From: Patellaria atrata CBS 101060
Lineage: Eukaryota
NCBI GenBank assembly: GCA_010093705.1
Contig: MU006089.1
Location: 1,004,157 to 1,054,254, forward strand
DNA: 50,098 bases
Reading direction: 5' to 3'
Shown here: positions 1 through 12,100 of the stretch, one piece after another
Numbering within the stretch: position 1 is the first letter of the stretch
Layout of the letters: every line of letters starts with the position of its first letter
Program-made: the position numbers and the translations under genes
Notes under the pieces: generated by a model
The model's input: the letters and a program-made list of their open reading frames with translations, nothing else
Told to the model about the DNA's origin: nothing
Databases searched by the model: none

Positions 1-3000
1 CTTGTGCGCCACCGCAATCACGGTATGACTGGCGAACTTCTCTCGGATGACTTTCTGCATAATATCGTCTGTTTTACTGTCGATACTGTACAATCCGTTA
101 GTATACGAAAAAGGAAAGAAATTATGCCAAGACCTCGGGTCGATCATTCAGCAAAAGGAATTATCTTACCTGCTCGTGGCTTCATCCAAAACTAACACCG
201 TACTTGGTCGAAGCATCGCTCGTGCGAGACAGAACAACTGCCTTTGTCCGTGTGACAAGTGGAGGTTGTCAATATCAGCATCCAAACCTCCTTTCCGTTT
301 GATGATTTCCCACAGTTGAACCGATTTTAGCGCTGACACTATCGCCTCGTCCGCTGCTGTGCCCGTTGGGGTTGCGTTCAGTCGTACGCTCCCTTTGAGG
401 ATGTACGCATCTTGCGGTACTCCAATAAGTCTCGAGCGTACCTCATTGCGAGGAACAGTCGAGATGTCAACGCCATCCACTATGATGGATCCGCCGGCTA
501 GTTCTAGCATGCGGAACAGCGACAGAATCATTGAACTCTTTCCACTGTTCGAACAAAGTTAACATCGGATCTCGACATTTAGATGATTCGACTTAATTGT
601 CATACCTTCCGGTACGCCCACAAATTCCTATTTTCTCGCCTGCACGTATGGTAAACGAGATATTTTTCACCACGGGTTCCGACACCCTATTACCAGATTA
701 GCATCACAAATACATACGATAAAGAACGAAACGCTTACTTGTACCCGGCCGATACAGATCTGAATTCGATTGCTCCCTTTGAAGGCCATGATGGTGGGGG
801 TGTATCATTTTCACTTTCCAAATCCTCAGAGACGGCCTCAGCAGTAAAATTCTTGATCCTTGCGATAGCCCCGATGTGGGTTTCAAGCATAGTCCAGAAG
901 GTGATAAGCATCTTGATACTCTGACTGAACATGATGACATTTAGCAATGCTACACCCACATAACCGGCACTAATTGTTCCACGTAGTTTTACTACTAGAA
1001 CAATCAACAGTACGGCGATGGCGGCAACCATCAAGTCAAGTACTACGGTCAACCAGCGCTGAACCGAGAACAAGAGGTAGAAAGGTCTTTGCGAACGATC
1101 TAACATTTCACGGTTCTTGTCTTCGAAGTCCTGCTGCCATCCGAACGCTCTCACGGTTGCGAGTCCGTTAAGGCATTCAATAAAGTGTGAGTATAGAGGA
1201 GACTTAGCTTCCAAGTCCAAGAACCGAAGTTGTCTTGAAGTTCGGAGGTAGAACTTCTGGATGAAATATATCGCCGTCAGACATATCGGGAAGGCGATTG
1301 CCGCATACACGGACGCGACACCGATGAGGACCATCTGTGCAATGACCAAGACGAATGTCGCAAACGTATTCAGAGCAGATATCGGTAACTCCATATCAAT
1401 GAGCTGGAGATCTTGACTGAATCTGTTGATGGTAATGCCAGTATCTGTTGTTGCGAAGAAAGAGAGAGGAGACCTTGTTGGTATTGTTAACTTGGACCAT
1501 CCAGTTGCACCACGTGGATTGTACCTACTTTAAGACTGTCGTCAAGAGTGTCCAATGGAATCGCTCCCCCGATCGAGGCACCATGGTGATAATCATCTGC
1601 CTGGACATTCGGTTAGACTTCACCCTCGTGGAGTTTGTGAACCTGTCGAGGAACTCACCAGCAACTAACAACAAGCGATAGGATTGCTAAACCCCCTAGA
1701 AGACCGTAGATTCCGAGATAGTATCCGAGCCTCTCGTTAGGGTCCTCCGCATTAGCAGTTGCCCACCATTTAAGCCAAATATCTGTGGTACCATATGTTA
1801 GTGTGCATCATCAGGCGAAATAGATGGAGTATACTGACTCGGGAATGAGAAACAAAATACGAAACTTGTGATTGCGAAGACGAATATGAATGTAGGGAAC
1901 CAGCCAATCGATCCAACGTAGTAAATATAGATGGAAACATCTCCAGTACGTCTGTTACTTTCGGCTTTTGTTGACTCATCGGTTTCAACAAGCTTAGCGA
2001 TTTCGGGCTTCACTTCGTTTAGGGTAATACTGCTGTTCGACTTCTCCATATCATCCAGGAAGGAATCGTCACGACCCTTGGATGCCTGGAGGTCGAAGCT
2101 TGAAATATAACCTCCTAGTTTGGCTAGTTCCTCGAACGTACCTTGTTCGGCAATATGGCCATCGCTCGTTAGGACTACTACATAATCTGCGTCTGGGACT
2201 CGTTTTGCTACGTCGGTGTTAGTCGCGAAATCTTCCCACCTACTACCATTACTGTTAGAACTTACTGGAAGAAGAAGCCATGATAACAGTAGAGTTGCTC
2301 CCTCGGAGCAGCCTGAACACATCACGGAAGACACGTGACTCTGTGTCCGAGTCAAGTCCACTGAGCACATCATCAATTATAACTAGCTCCCGTTGTGCAT
2401 ATACTGCTCTTGCTAAAGACTGCAACACGATATATTAGTTTGGCACGGTTTTCGAAAACGCATGGGTACTTACGATTCGTTGACTTTGACCGCCACTCAA
2501 CGCTATACCTTTGCTCCCAATCCAGGTATCATCTCCACGTGGTAGTTGTCGGAAATCTTCCTCCAGAGCACAAGCCCTAACGACCGAGGCATACCATACC
2601 GCGTTGAAAGGTGTGAAACCTACAATACTCTCCTTGATCGTTCCATTCATTAACCAGGGAGTCTGATCGCAGTAAGCGACCGACAGCGAAGACACCTGGA
2701 CTATGCCCTTCATGGCAGGAATCTCTCCCAAAATAGCTTTGACGAGTGTCGACTTTCCACATCCCACAGGTCCAACTATCATCGTTAGCTTTCCCCTGGG
2801 TACCACGATGCTTATCTCGTGTAACAAAGGTTCCTTGTCCATATCCCAACCGAAGTTGCCATCCTGGATGACAACCGCGTCAGGATGGAACAACGAGTTC
2901 TGCTCCGATTTCTCCGTTGAACTTTCTGTCAAATCGCTCTGACTCTTCTCCTGTGAACTCCTATAGTCGATGGTATAGTTATTCATTGGCCTTGATCGTG

Positions 3001-4958
3001 CATCCACACGCGGTTCAGTCTTGATGAAAGCTTCAATACGATCAAAGCAGCCAATGGCTCCCATGAACGTGGCTAATGCCATGATAAGAGAAGCGAGTGG
3101 TTCGGACAGTAAAGCGAAAAGAGACAGAGATGTGAACACTCTCGCAGTATCCAAAGTCCGAGTGCCATTGTTCTTTGCCAGGACGGAGAAGACCGCAAAA
3201 GTAAGAATAGGAGCCACAACTGGTGTTATATAAGCTATGAGAGGTCCGGTTAGTCTTAACTCGAGAATCATGTCTTAAAGTAATCTAAACATACAGATGG
3301 CCATATTCCAGATGAGAAGCTTTCTGAACTTCTTCGAAATCTGCAACTCTTCCACTCTGAGGTCATGGATGTTCTTCTGAAGAATTTCAGTGAGGCCACA
3401 CATCTTCACTCCTTTCATCGCTCCGAGCATAGCAGTAGTGGCTGCTATACGTCTCTCGATAGCCTCGAGCCATAACTGTTGGCGAGCCATGACTAGACTA
3501 GTCACAATAAGAGATCCGACCATCGAAACTGTTTACTCACGTGATTAGCGTCACGCTTTGGTTAAAACGGATATATACATACTTATCGCGACGGCAATTG
3601 GAATCAAGCAGGCCACACCAAGTTGTCTGTACAACAAATAGATAGCTAGGGCAATTTCGATGCTGTTACCATACAGTTCCGGCATTGTCTGCCAACCAGT
3701 TGCGATCCGCTCTATATCTGCGCTCATAAGTGTTAGCGAGGCGGAAGGATCTACCGACTGGATGCTCAGATCGGCCGTCTTCCGAAACAACATGGATACT
3801 AGGCCACCCCTTGCCATCGTTATCGCTCTGTAGGTCAGGTGTTGATATTGTCCGGTGGTCACGGCCATGCCAAGATAGACGATGATGTATGCACCGATTA
3901 GACCGTATCCGATGTTCGTAGTGTGCTCATCAACAGGTTCTTGAGACAAAGAGATAGCTCGATTGATCAAGAACGGCTGGCAGAACTGGAAGCCGATAAG
4001 GCATAGTCGTGGTACCGTGATCGTGAGAATGGGCCACTTGAGAGTTCGAATAGTGGTCCAAAATAACGCGTGTGAACCCTTTTTCGAAACTTTATATACG
4101 TTAACATCATTCAACGAAATGATATGTCAAGACAACTCACCTCTATTCCATCCGGCATGCAGCAATTTTGACAAATAAGTCGACTGAAGATGTTTATCCA
4201 GAAAATACAGGTCGTCGAGCGCCAGCAAGTTACCATAACCCCTGAGAAACAGTGGGTTCAGCCACCAGAAAAATCCTCTGCTGATAGGGCTAGCGATCGC
4301 TTCTTTCGGCTCATCTTTATACTCTGGTTTAAGATATCGACGCTTCTCCAAGGACTCAAGCACAAGCAGCACAAATTTTACAACGGTGCTTATCGTCAAT
4401 ACAATTGCGTGGCTGGACATGTACCCTTGCAGCCATAACGTCCTTGACTGCGCAATATCAAACAAAAGAGAGAAGAAAAGATATCCATTTATTATCAAGG
4501 ATGGTCGCAGAGAGTGGATGTGCTCTGCGTAAGAAAGTAAGGGCAGAAGCAATGACAAGACCAAGAGCAAAGCTGCCGATGGAATCGAAACATCGGTTCG
4601 TCCTGTTTTATTCTGCGCCCATAGGACGAGTAACGCAAGCTGAAGCGCGCTGAATATGACCCCAAATATCTGTGAGAATCTCGATGTTAGATTTCGGTAT
4701 CTCTGTTCTCGATTATGTGTCCTAACATACCAACTTCGCCGTGAGTAGAATGCCTCCGGTAGCCTTCGCGGATTTTGTGAATAGGTACCATATACGAAGT
4801 GGTGCTATGAGTAAGAATACGGAGACGATCGGTACTGATAAGATACTCTGCTCGAACAGCAGGGTGAAGTCGAATCCGCCGCGACAATGTTCTGCGTAAG
4901 GACCAAAGGTGTTATCGATACGCTGGCACGACAGCGACGATGGAGAGGGCGCTGCCAT
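1..4958 (-). CDS. ABCC/MRP-type full-size ABC transporter (TMD0-TMD1-NBD1-TMD2-NBD2); C-terminus truncated by the window edge
   Basis: ATG at 4958 (MAAPSPSSLSCQRIDNTFGPYAEHCRGGFDFTLLFEQSIL). An open frame is restored by 12 GT-AG introns read by hand: 4670-4730, 4090-4140, 3529-3582, 3235-3294, 2420-2473, 2208-2265, 1783-1838, 1601-1658, 1474-1528, 687-738, 545-605, 86-169. NBD1 has GPVGCGKS, LSGGQ and VIIDD. NBD2 has GRTGSGKS (split by an intron), LSHGQ, VLDEATS and VAHK at the window edge. TMD2 motifs NRFSQD, RQLRFLDLEAKSPLYSHF and QRWL are present. Confidence 0.95.
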
Positions 4959-6217
4959 TGCTGGATGTTTCGTCGGTTGTCAGTTGTCAGTTCGAGGGAA
5001 CGATGCTCAGCAGAAAGCAGCGCGCTGGGTGTGGATAAACAGGCCTCACCTGGACACGGAGAGGGCGTTCGGTGCGTTATGGAGCAGAGCCGCAGAGCCG
5101 TTCAGTTCGCCATCATCGACGTCTATGATGAGCTACTGGAAAATTCCATCGACGAGAACGGCAGTCGAAGAGAAAGTGGTCCAAGCGAATCCCTGTAGGA
5201 GATCTCGAAAACTTGGTGTGCTTAAAGAACATGCGCGTCAGGTTAAGATCGTCATCATACATGATACGTACATGGTGTAACAATACGGTTCCGTGTCGAA
5301 ACTAGCACAACAGCAAGGAAATGTGCAAAAAACTTGCTGTGCACGTTATGCCTGCTGTGGCTACCCGTGTACAGCGTGTAGCAAATTCTTTTCTACCGGC
5401 GCTGGACCGACGGTACACGGTAAATGCCACCGCGTGGCCGGCATGAGGCAATATATTACAGGAACCCAAATATAGACGCTTTGGGACTGCCGACGAGAAT
5501 CACGTTACATGGGGGGACTACTGGGTGATGCTGCCAAAAGCCTGTAGGTCTGCAAGAAAAACTGCAATATAATCAAGGGAAGCCCTGAGCAGCACTGAAG
5601 CCGAGTGGAATTCGGGACGAAAGAGCTGGGTAGAGTGGATACAATTCATCAGGGAGAGCCCGTTTCCACATGCGGTATGCCGGGATGCCATCAGACATAT
5701 TAAAAGGGTAATATTCGAAGAGATTTCTAACGGCAAGTTATGGAAAGGGCAGGTTGGTATTATGGAAAAATGCTCGTATGAGCATGTATATCCGCCTGTG
5801 TGGCATCGATCTACGTCGCTAAAAGATGTGCGCCATGGGGCTAGGGGAACCCGTCGTGCGTGGCGTCAGCTGGTAAGATCCGTGGTCCCTGAGCTAATCT
5901 CGAGTTCAATTTTGTGGGGAGAAATTATTGGCTTAGATACTCCAAGCAGGCCCACCCAGCGTGCATCAAGTTGGGACTATTGGTTAAGGGGTAAGGGCAT
6001 GGGAAAAAAAATACTTTTTTGACAATTTGACAGGCAAGCGTAGGCTGCACCGCTGCTGCAAGCACCACAGGCTATGGATCTCTCTGAAACACAAAACCCT
6101 TTTTGGGGCGTTTGAGGTCGCCAGTTGTCGCTCTCCCGGGAAGCCGGCTGGAAGGCGCCATGTCTTTTGGCTGATTCGTCTCGACGACTCTGGCACTTTG
6201 GACCTCGCCGTTGTATC

Positions 6218-6260
6218 CCTGGACCTTGCCTGGACCTTGCCTGAACCTTGCCTGCACTTC
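6218..6260. repeat. 11-bp tandem repeat (CCTGGACCTTG x ~4, degenerating) in the ABC/NRPS divergent intergenic region
   Basis: CCTGGACCTTG CCTGGACCTTG CCTGAACCTTG CCTGCACTTC read directly from 6218. Confidence 0.85.
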
Positions 6261-6945
6261 TCTTAGACTTTCCCTGGATCCACCCTTCATGCTTCTCGGG
6301 AACCCATTTGACAGTTTTGTACCTTCTCACAGCTTCTTAACACCTTTTACACTGCTGGCCGCCCTCGATGTTGCGGCCACTCAAGGCGCCGTGCGGAGTG
6401 CGGGGAGATCTGCGCCGGCTTTGCTCTCTCTTCGCACCAACGAGATCCCGGACATCCCCTCCCGTCCCCTTGTCGGCGCCACCCGGTCGGGTCGTTATGA
6501 ATAACTTGCCATCCGCCCAATAATGGTATTGTGATAGACCACTAGTCGACAATACAAACCCCCTAACGCCGCGAAGGGCAAAGAAGGATCAATGCTATCG
6601 AAATTCCATCGACGCTTCGCTGTCCATCAATAGCGGGAATGCCCCCACCACATACACCACATTCACACACTACTGCGGCTATGAATCCTGTCAATCTTCT
6701 GATTCCCTGTAGCAGCTCAGGGGCGGTTAGAGACTTAGAGTTCTGCTCATCGTGATCATCATGACGCTCATCTACCGCATCGGGTAGTCGAACCTGTTTG
6801 GACTATGATCAAACTGTCATACCAAGCCACACCGCTTTCCTTCTATCCTATCCTCTATCTCTCCTTTCCGTTAGTCCCCTCAGTAGTCCCCTACGATCGT
6901 TTTCTAGGGCAAAGGGATCGACCCTTGGACCCCTCACATCTTTTG

Positions 6946-6972
6946 TTCTTCTTCTTCTTCTTCTTCTTCTTC
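6946..6972. repeat. (TTC)9 microsatellite in a pyrimidine-rich tract
   Basis: Nine perfect TTC units. Confidence 0.95.
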
Positions 6973-8775
6973 TCCCTGATCTACACGCCTTAACAACCTT
7001 ATTTCAAGTCACTATTACATGGTGATTTCGACTGAGTTACACAGCTAACGATTTACTAGTCCTATAGAACTTTTCTCAATACACCACTATTATTCGACTG
7101 CAACGTTTTCTGTCAGATCGTCCCTGCTGAAGGCCGCGATCCCCTCAGATAAATAAAGGGATTCATTGGTTTATGCAGCTTAAGTCATCGCTTGCCCATG
7201 CGGCCGCTATTTTGGCTGGCACGATCTTCGCATGGGTTTTCCAAGACTTCAGCCTCAGTATCCTTGCTCTGGCGCATGCTGAATTGACCTCGTATATGTC
7301 GATGCACACGGACCTGACATGCAAATTCTGCCTTTGGACCTGTCGTACAGCACAGTACCTCCCCGAAGTGTCACACTTGGCCGCTTCATCCGCTTGGAAG
7401 TCTCTACTACTGTGCTGTCAGCAAAGCAGCCGATGCTCGCGATATTCCCAATCGGTATGCCATCAATCCATTATTCTGCAAACCCACCCACGTTGATGCT
7501 CTTCGCCGTTTCGTGGAACCACGAAACGACGTTCAACATCTTTTGGGATTTGGAACTTGTGCATTATTTACACTTTTCTGTAATGTGCTCGCCCCGAGCC
7601 AAGTTTCAGTGGCAGTGGGGCCAAGTACCGGTGGGTCAAGTTAACTACCAGAGTACCTCGAGCTCAGGACTGCTCAGTTACTTTGGTATAGTACTTTGGG
7701 CAAGCGCTACCCACTCTCGAAATGATTCTTTTGACCGCAATCATCCCGCACCATTATACTGGTATTTATCCTTATACGTCATCAAAATTTATTCGGTTGT
7801 TCGTTTGGCCAAGGGAAAACTCTGATCTGAAAGCCTTTCTTCATGTTTTCGAACCCCACACCCTGGCTTCGGACTTTCCCATACTCGTCTTAATTTGAGA
7901 CTACATTCAACCGATTGAGTCTGCACAACGGGACGTTACACTAACATCTGACTCTACGATTGCGATGGTCGTTTTGACTTCGCGGCAACCTTCTAGCGTG
8001 GCAACGCTTCGATGGAAGCTTGCACAGAAAGAAAGATGCATCTTCCCTGAAAGAGTAGCAATAGTGTCCATAGCGCCGGTCTAACAAACACGTCTCCCCC
8101 GGACTTTCATTCCGCCGAAATTTGGAATTCGACGTAATTGTTAAAAATAATGACGATCAAGCTGAAGGGACTATTGGAAACTTGTAAATTGTTTTCAATG
8201 ACAATATATTTTCAGCCGATAATCGTGCCTGTAAACCTGGAGGACGGTACTACTGTATTCTCCCAATTCAGGCCTTAATCAACTTAGTCACGGTCTATCT
8301 GTTGGTATGATTCGAGTTTATTCGAACTGCTGGATAAGGGTTAGATTAATGATCGGCTTCTGTGCATATCCAGTTATCCACCACGGCCAGAGATTCCCGA
8401 TCAAGCCAGTTGCGATACTGGCGACTTTCCAAAATGCAACCCCTTGCCGCTGTGACTTCGAGGTGCAATGCCGGCAGGGCGTCTCTATATTTCTTACTTT
8501 GCTTGAATTCAATACCTGGGACTGCTGGACGCCACCCTGCAGGCACATCTTTACCAGATGAGTTCGAATACGCCACATCTCCTTTGGTCACGTAATCGAG
8601 CAAAGCTTCCTTGGATCGTGATCCCCTGTATCAATATTTTCGTCTGGTACGTGCGTATGGCTGGTGAACGATCATCTGCATACCTGTTCCCAAGTCACAT
8701 TATCCGAATACGGATATGTTTCGACCTCATGCCCTGTGTCGTCAATGGCTGATCTTAACAATCTGCAGAGCCAGC

Positions 8776-8832
8776 ATGTCCGAGGATGTGGTTGTTGTTC
8801 CACCTGGAGGCGATAGTGAACCAGTAGTGTGA
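8776..8832 (+). promoter_or_regulatory. Candidate upstream ORF (MSEDVVVVPPGGDSEPVV*) in the putative NRPS 5' leader
   Basis: ATG at 8776 and TGA at 8830-8832. It lies 7 nt after a branch/acceptor-like GCTGATCTTAAC...CTGCAG (8768) and before a GTATGA donor-like site (8848). Confidence 0.3.
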
Positions 8833-9142
8833 TAGTGTGTTGCTGTTGTATGAATAGATCGCGTTCCGGTCAACCGGCTTGCTGTGGGTTCTAAACAAGT
8901 TTTGATTGCGAGTTATTTCGTAAAAAAGGTGTAGAGATCTATTATCTCAAAACCAAAACACCGTCTTCCAACAGTCGAGAGCACTCGTACTACCAATACA
9001 GGAATCTTCCTGAGATCGTGAGATTGTCCATGGCCTGATAGCTCACTACAGCAACTAAACGCGTATCTAGGTTATTCTTCTGTTCGATTCCTCGACTCTC
9101 TCTTTCCATCCCTACGAGATAAAAGTTTTACCATAAAACATA

Positions 9143-12100
9143 ATGTCTCAAACAATCATTAACTCAAACGGTGACGCTCAAAGCTATTGGAAAGACGTGT
9201 TGGCAAGTATGGAACCTTGCAACTTTCCCCCCTTAGATGGAACCACGGAGGGACCGACTCGGTCGATGTCTCTAAAGGTGGACTTGAGTTGTGCGGCAAA
9301 GCTGGAAGAGCTTGCCGCAAAGGACGAGCACGAGTTGGCCAACGCTCTCCTCAGCGGCTGGGCTTTGGCAATTCGCTGCTATACCGGTCTCGAAAACGTC
9401 TGTTTCGAGTACCAGGAGATCGGGGAGGATGCTACTAATGTATCAGCGCTGAGGTTGAGGTTGGAACAGACCATGACCTTGAGCGCGTTGACGGACTGTG
9501 CAGCTCGGGCCCGAAACGATGGAAATGCTCATGCGGTTGAGAGTGCATCTCGCATGCCTCGTATGGATGCGTACAATACCGCATTTACCTATAAGAGTGC
9601 TAAAGCTGCGTCTGCCCGTGAAGCAAAAGTGGGATTGTCGCAAACCGGGGACAAATCGGTCAGTGCTCTTTTCCCTCTTCCAATCGAGAAAGAGTAACTT
9701 TAACACAATTTATAGACCAAACTTAGACTGCAAACTAAGGTCACCCAGCAACGGGTGACCGTTTTTCTCGAATGGGACAGCTCCTTCCTGTCAGCAGAGC
9801 AGGCCGCGAACGTCGCGCGGACGTTCGATGCTGCTCTCACTGATCTGTTGGAGCACCCAGAATCCTCAATCGCCTCCATTGACTGCGTGGGTGGAAGCAG
9901 CAGGAGGCAGATGTTAAAATGGAATAGCGAGCCTTTGGTGGAGGTTCGAAGATGCGTGCATGAGATCTTCAGAGAGCGGGCCGTGTCGCAACCGAATGCG
10001 GAAGCGATAAGCGCATGGGATGGTAGCTTCACCTATCGTGAACTCGACCAGGTCGCAACACGACTTGCTCAACAACTTAGAGAATTGGGAGTCGGCCCTG
10101 AGGTCTTCGTCCCTCTTGTATTCGACAAGTCAAAATGGAACGTCGTCGCCATGTTGGCGACAATGTACGCTGGTGGCGCATTCGTCCCTTTGGATCCCGC
10201 CAGCCCACTGTCCCGGCTCCAGGAGCTTGCAGGCAGCGTCAACGCCACGGTACTACTGTGTTCTCGTCAACATCGAGACAATGTTGCTACAGTAGCCCAA
10301 ATCGTTTTCCCTGTGGACCAGGAAGCCGTTAACCAGCTTCCTGCGGCTCCAGAAACCACCTTCGACTTTGCGACCTGTGATAATGCGGCCTATCTTATCT
10401 TCACCAGTGGCTCAACTGGTATGCCTAAGTCCACTGTTCTCACCCATTCTGCGTTCTGCTCGAGTTCAATGGCCCATGGTCGCGCCCAGTTACAAGATTC
10501 TCCTGAGACTAGGATCCTACAATTTGCTGCCCATACTTTTGATGCAAGTTTAGTCGAGATCCTGACCCCTTTGCTCCACGGAGGATGTTGCTGTATTCCA
10601 AGCGAAAGCGATCGTCTTAACGACATCGAAAACTTCATCAACAACCATAAAGTCAATTGGGCTGTGCTAACACCCTCGTTTGTCGAATTCTTAAACCCTT
10701 CCGCAGTACCAGGAATCAAGACATTAGTCTTAGCCGGAGAAGCCATGGCCGAACACCATATCAGGACCTGGACAGAAGCCGGTGTTCGACTAGTCAACGG
10801 ATATGGTCCTAGTGAATGTGCTGTCTGCTCCGTTGCTAACAATAACGTTACCCTGAAGACTGGCCCGAAGAATATTGGTCACCCCGTCGGTGTGCACTGT
10901 TGGGTTGTGGATCCAGAGGATGTCGACCGTCTAGTACCTATCGGTTGTATCGGAGAGCTTATTATTGAGGGACACACGCTTTCTCGTGGATACCTCAACG
11001 ACAGCGCAAAGACAGCTGAGGCCTTCATCCAGAATCCCGCATGGGCAACAGCGTCTGCTGACGGTCGCCCGAGAAGGATGTACCGAACCGGTGATCTGGT
11101 CCGCTACAGCTCGAACGGATCGATCTATTTTGTAGGAAGAAAAGACACCCAGGTGAAGCTCCACGGGCAGAGAATCGAGCTTGGTGAGATTGAACATCAT
11201 CTGAACGCAGACGATGATACCAGCTATGGCCTCGTATTGCTTCCTAAGCAAGGATTTTATAAGGAGCGCCTTGTCTCGGTATTATCCTTGAAGCTCACTT
11301 CGGTCAACGATGGTACCCCCCTTCGATTGCTGGAAGGTCCGCAAATGACTGAAGCTGCCTCAACTATAGAAGGAATCCGTGCTCGCCTCTTGCAACGACT
11401 CCCAGAGTATATGGTCCCCACTACATTTCTAGCTGTTGAGGCCATGCCTTTCCTACCGTCCGGAAAGCTAGATCGCAAGAAGATAAGCAACTGGCTCGCG
11501 CAATTGACAGATGAAGTGTATAGACAAGTGCATGAGCCTATGGATGAAGATGAGTTCTCTGCCACCCCTGCAAATGATACGGAGAGTACTATCCGCCTTG
11601 TTTGGGGACAAGTGCTCAATCTCCCACTTGAACAAGTGAAGCTAGACCGATCATTCTTGAGCCACTCCGGAGATTCCATCACTGCGTTGTCCTGTAAAGC
11701 TCAATGTCAGAAGCGAGGTATCACTCTTCAAGTCCAGGATATACTAAAGAGCAAATCAATCCGAGAACTCGCCCGCCGAGCAAAGGCAACAAAATCTCCT
11801 TCTTTCATTCAAGAGGACGTCGAAGAGCCATTCGACCTTTCCCCCATCCAGAAATTGTTCTTCAGTATGCCAGATCAAGGTCGCACGCATTTCAACCAGA
11901 GTTTCTTCCTGAAAACGACTCGCAAGCTCAAGGAAGAAAGGCTCAGCCGAGCCCTCGAGACACTCCTTAGTGTCCACTCTATGCTGCGAGCCAGATTTTC
12001 CAAGTCTGGCCCGCAAGGACAGTGGCAACAGCGTGTGACAAATGACATTGCGGGATCTTACAGACTCCGAACATATGCAGTTGCTTCGGTAGACGAGGCC

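Noticed and set aside
4909..6552. Several 60-120-aa ORFs in the ABC/NRPS intergenic region
   Set aside because: No recognisable domains, overlapping frames on both strands and mostly non-ATG starts; some simply translate the 11-bp repeat.
5570..8115. BrlA-like (MRAGGGR) and AbaA-like (CATTCY) motifs in the divergent promoter
   Set aside because: Short motifs at a frequency expected by chance in 4 kb.
7173..8752. ORFs of 168 aa (7319-7825) and ~85 aa (8307-8603) as possible cluster regulator or tailoring genes
   Set aside because: No Zn2Cys6, bZIP or enzyme motifs; better explained as promoter or leader sequence.
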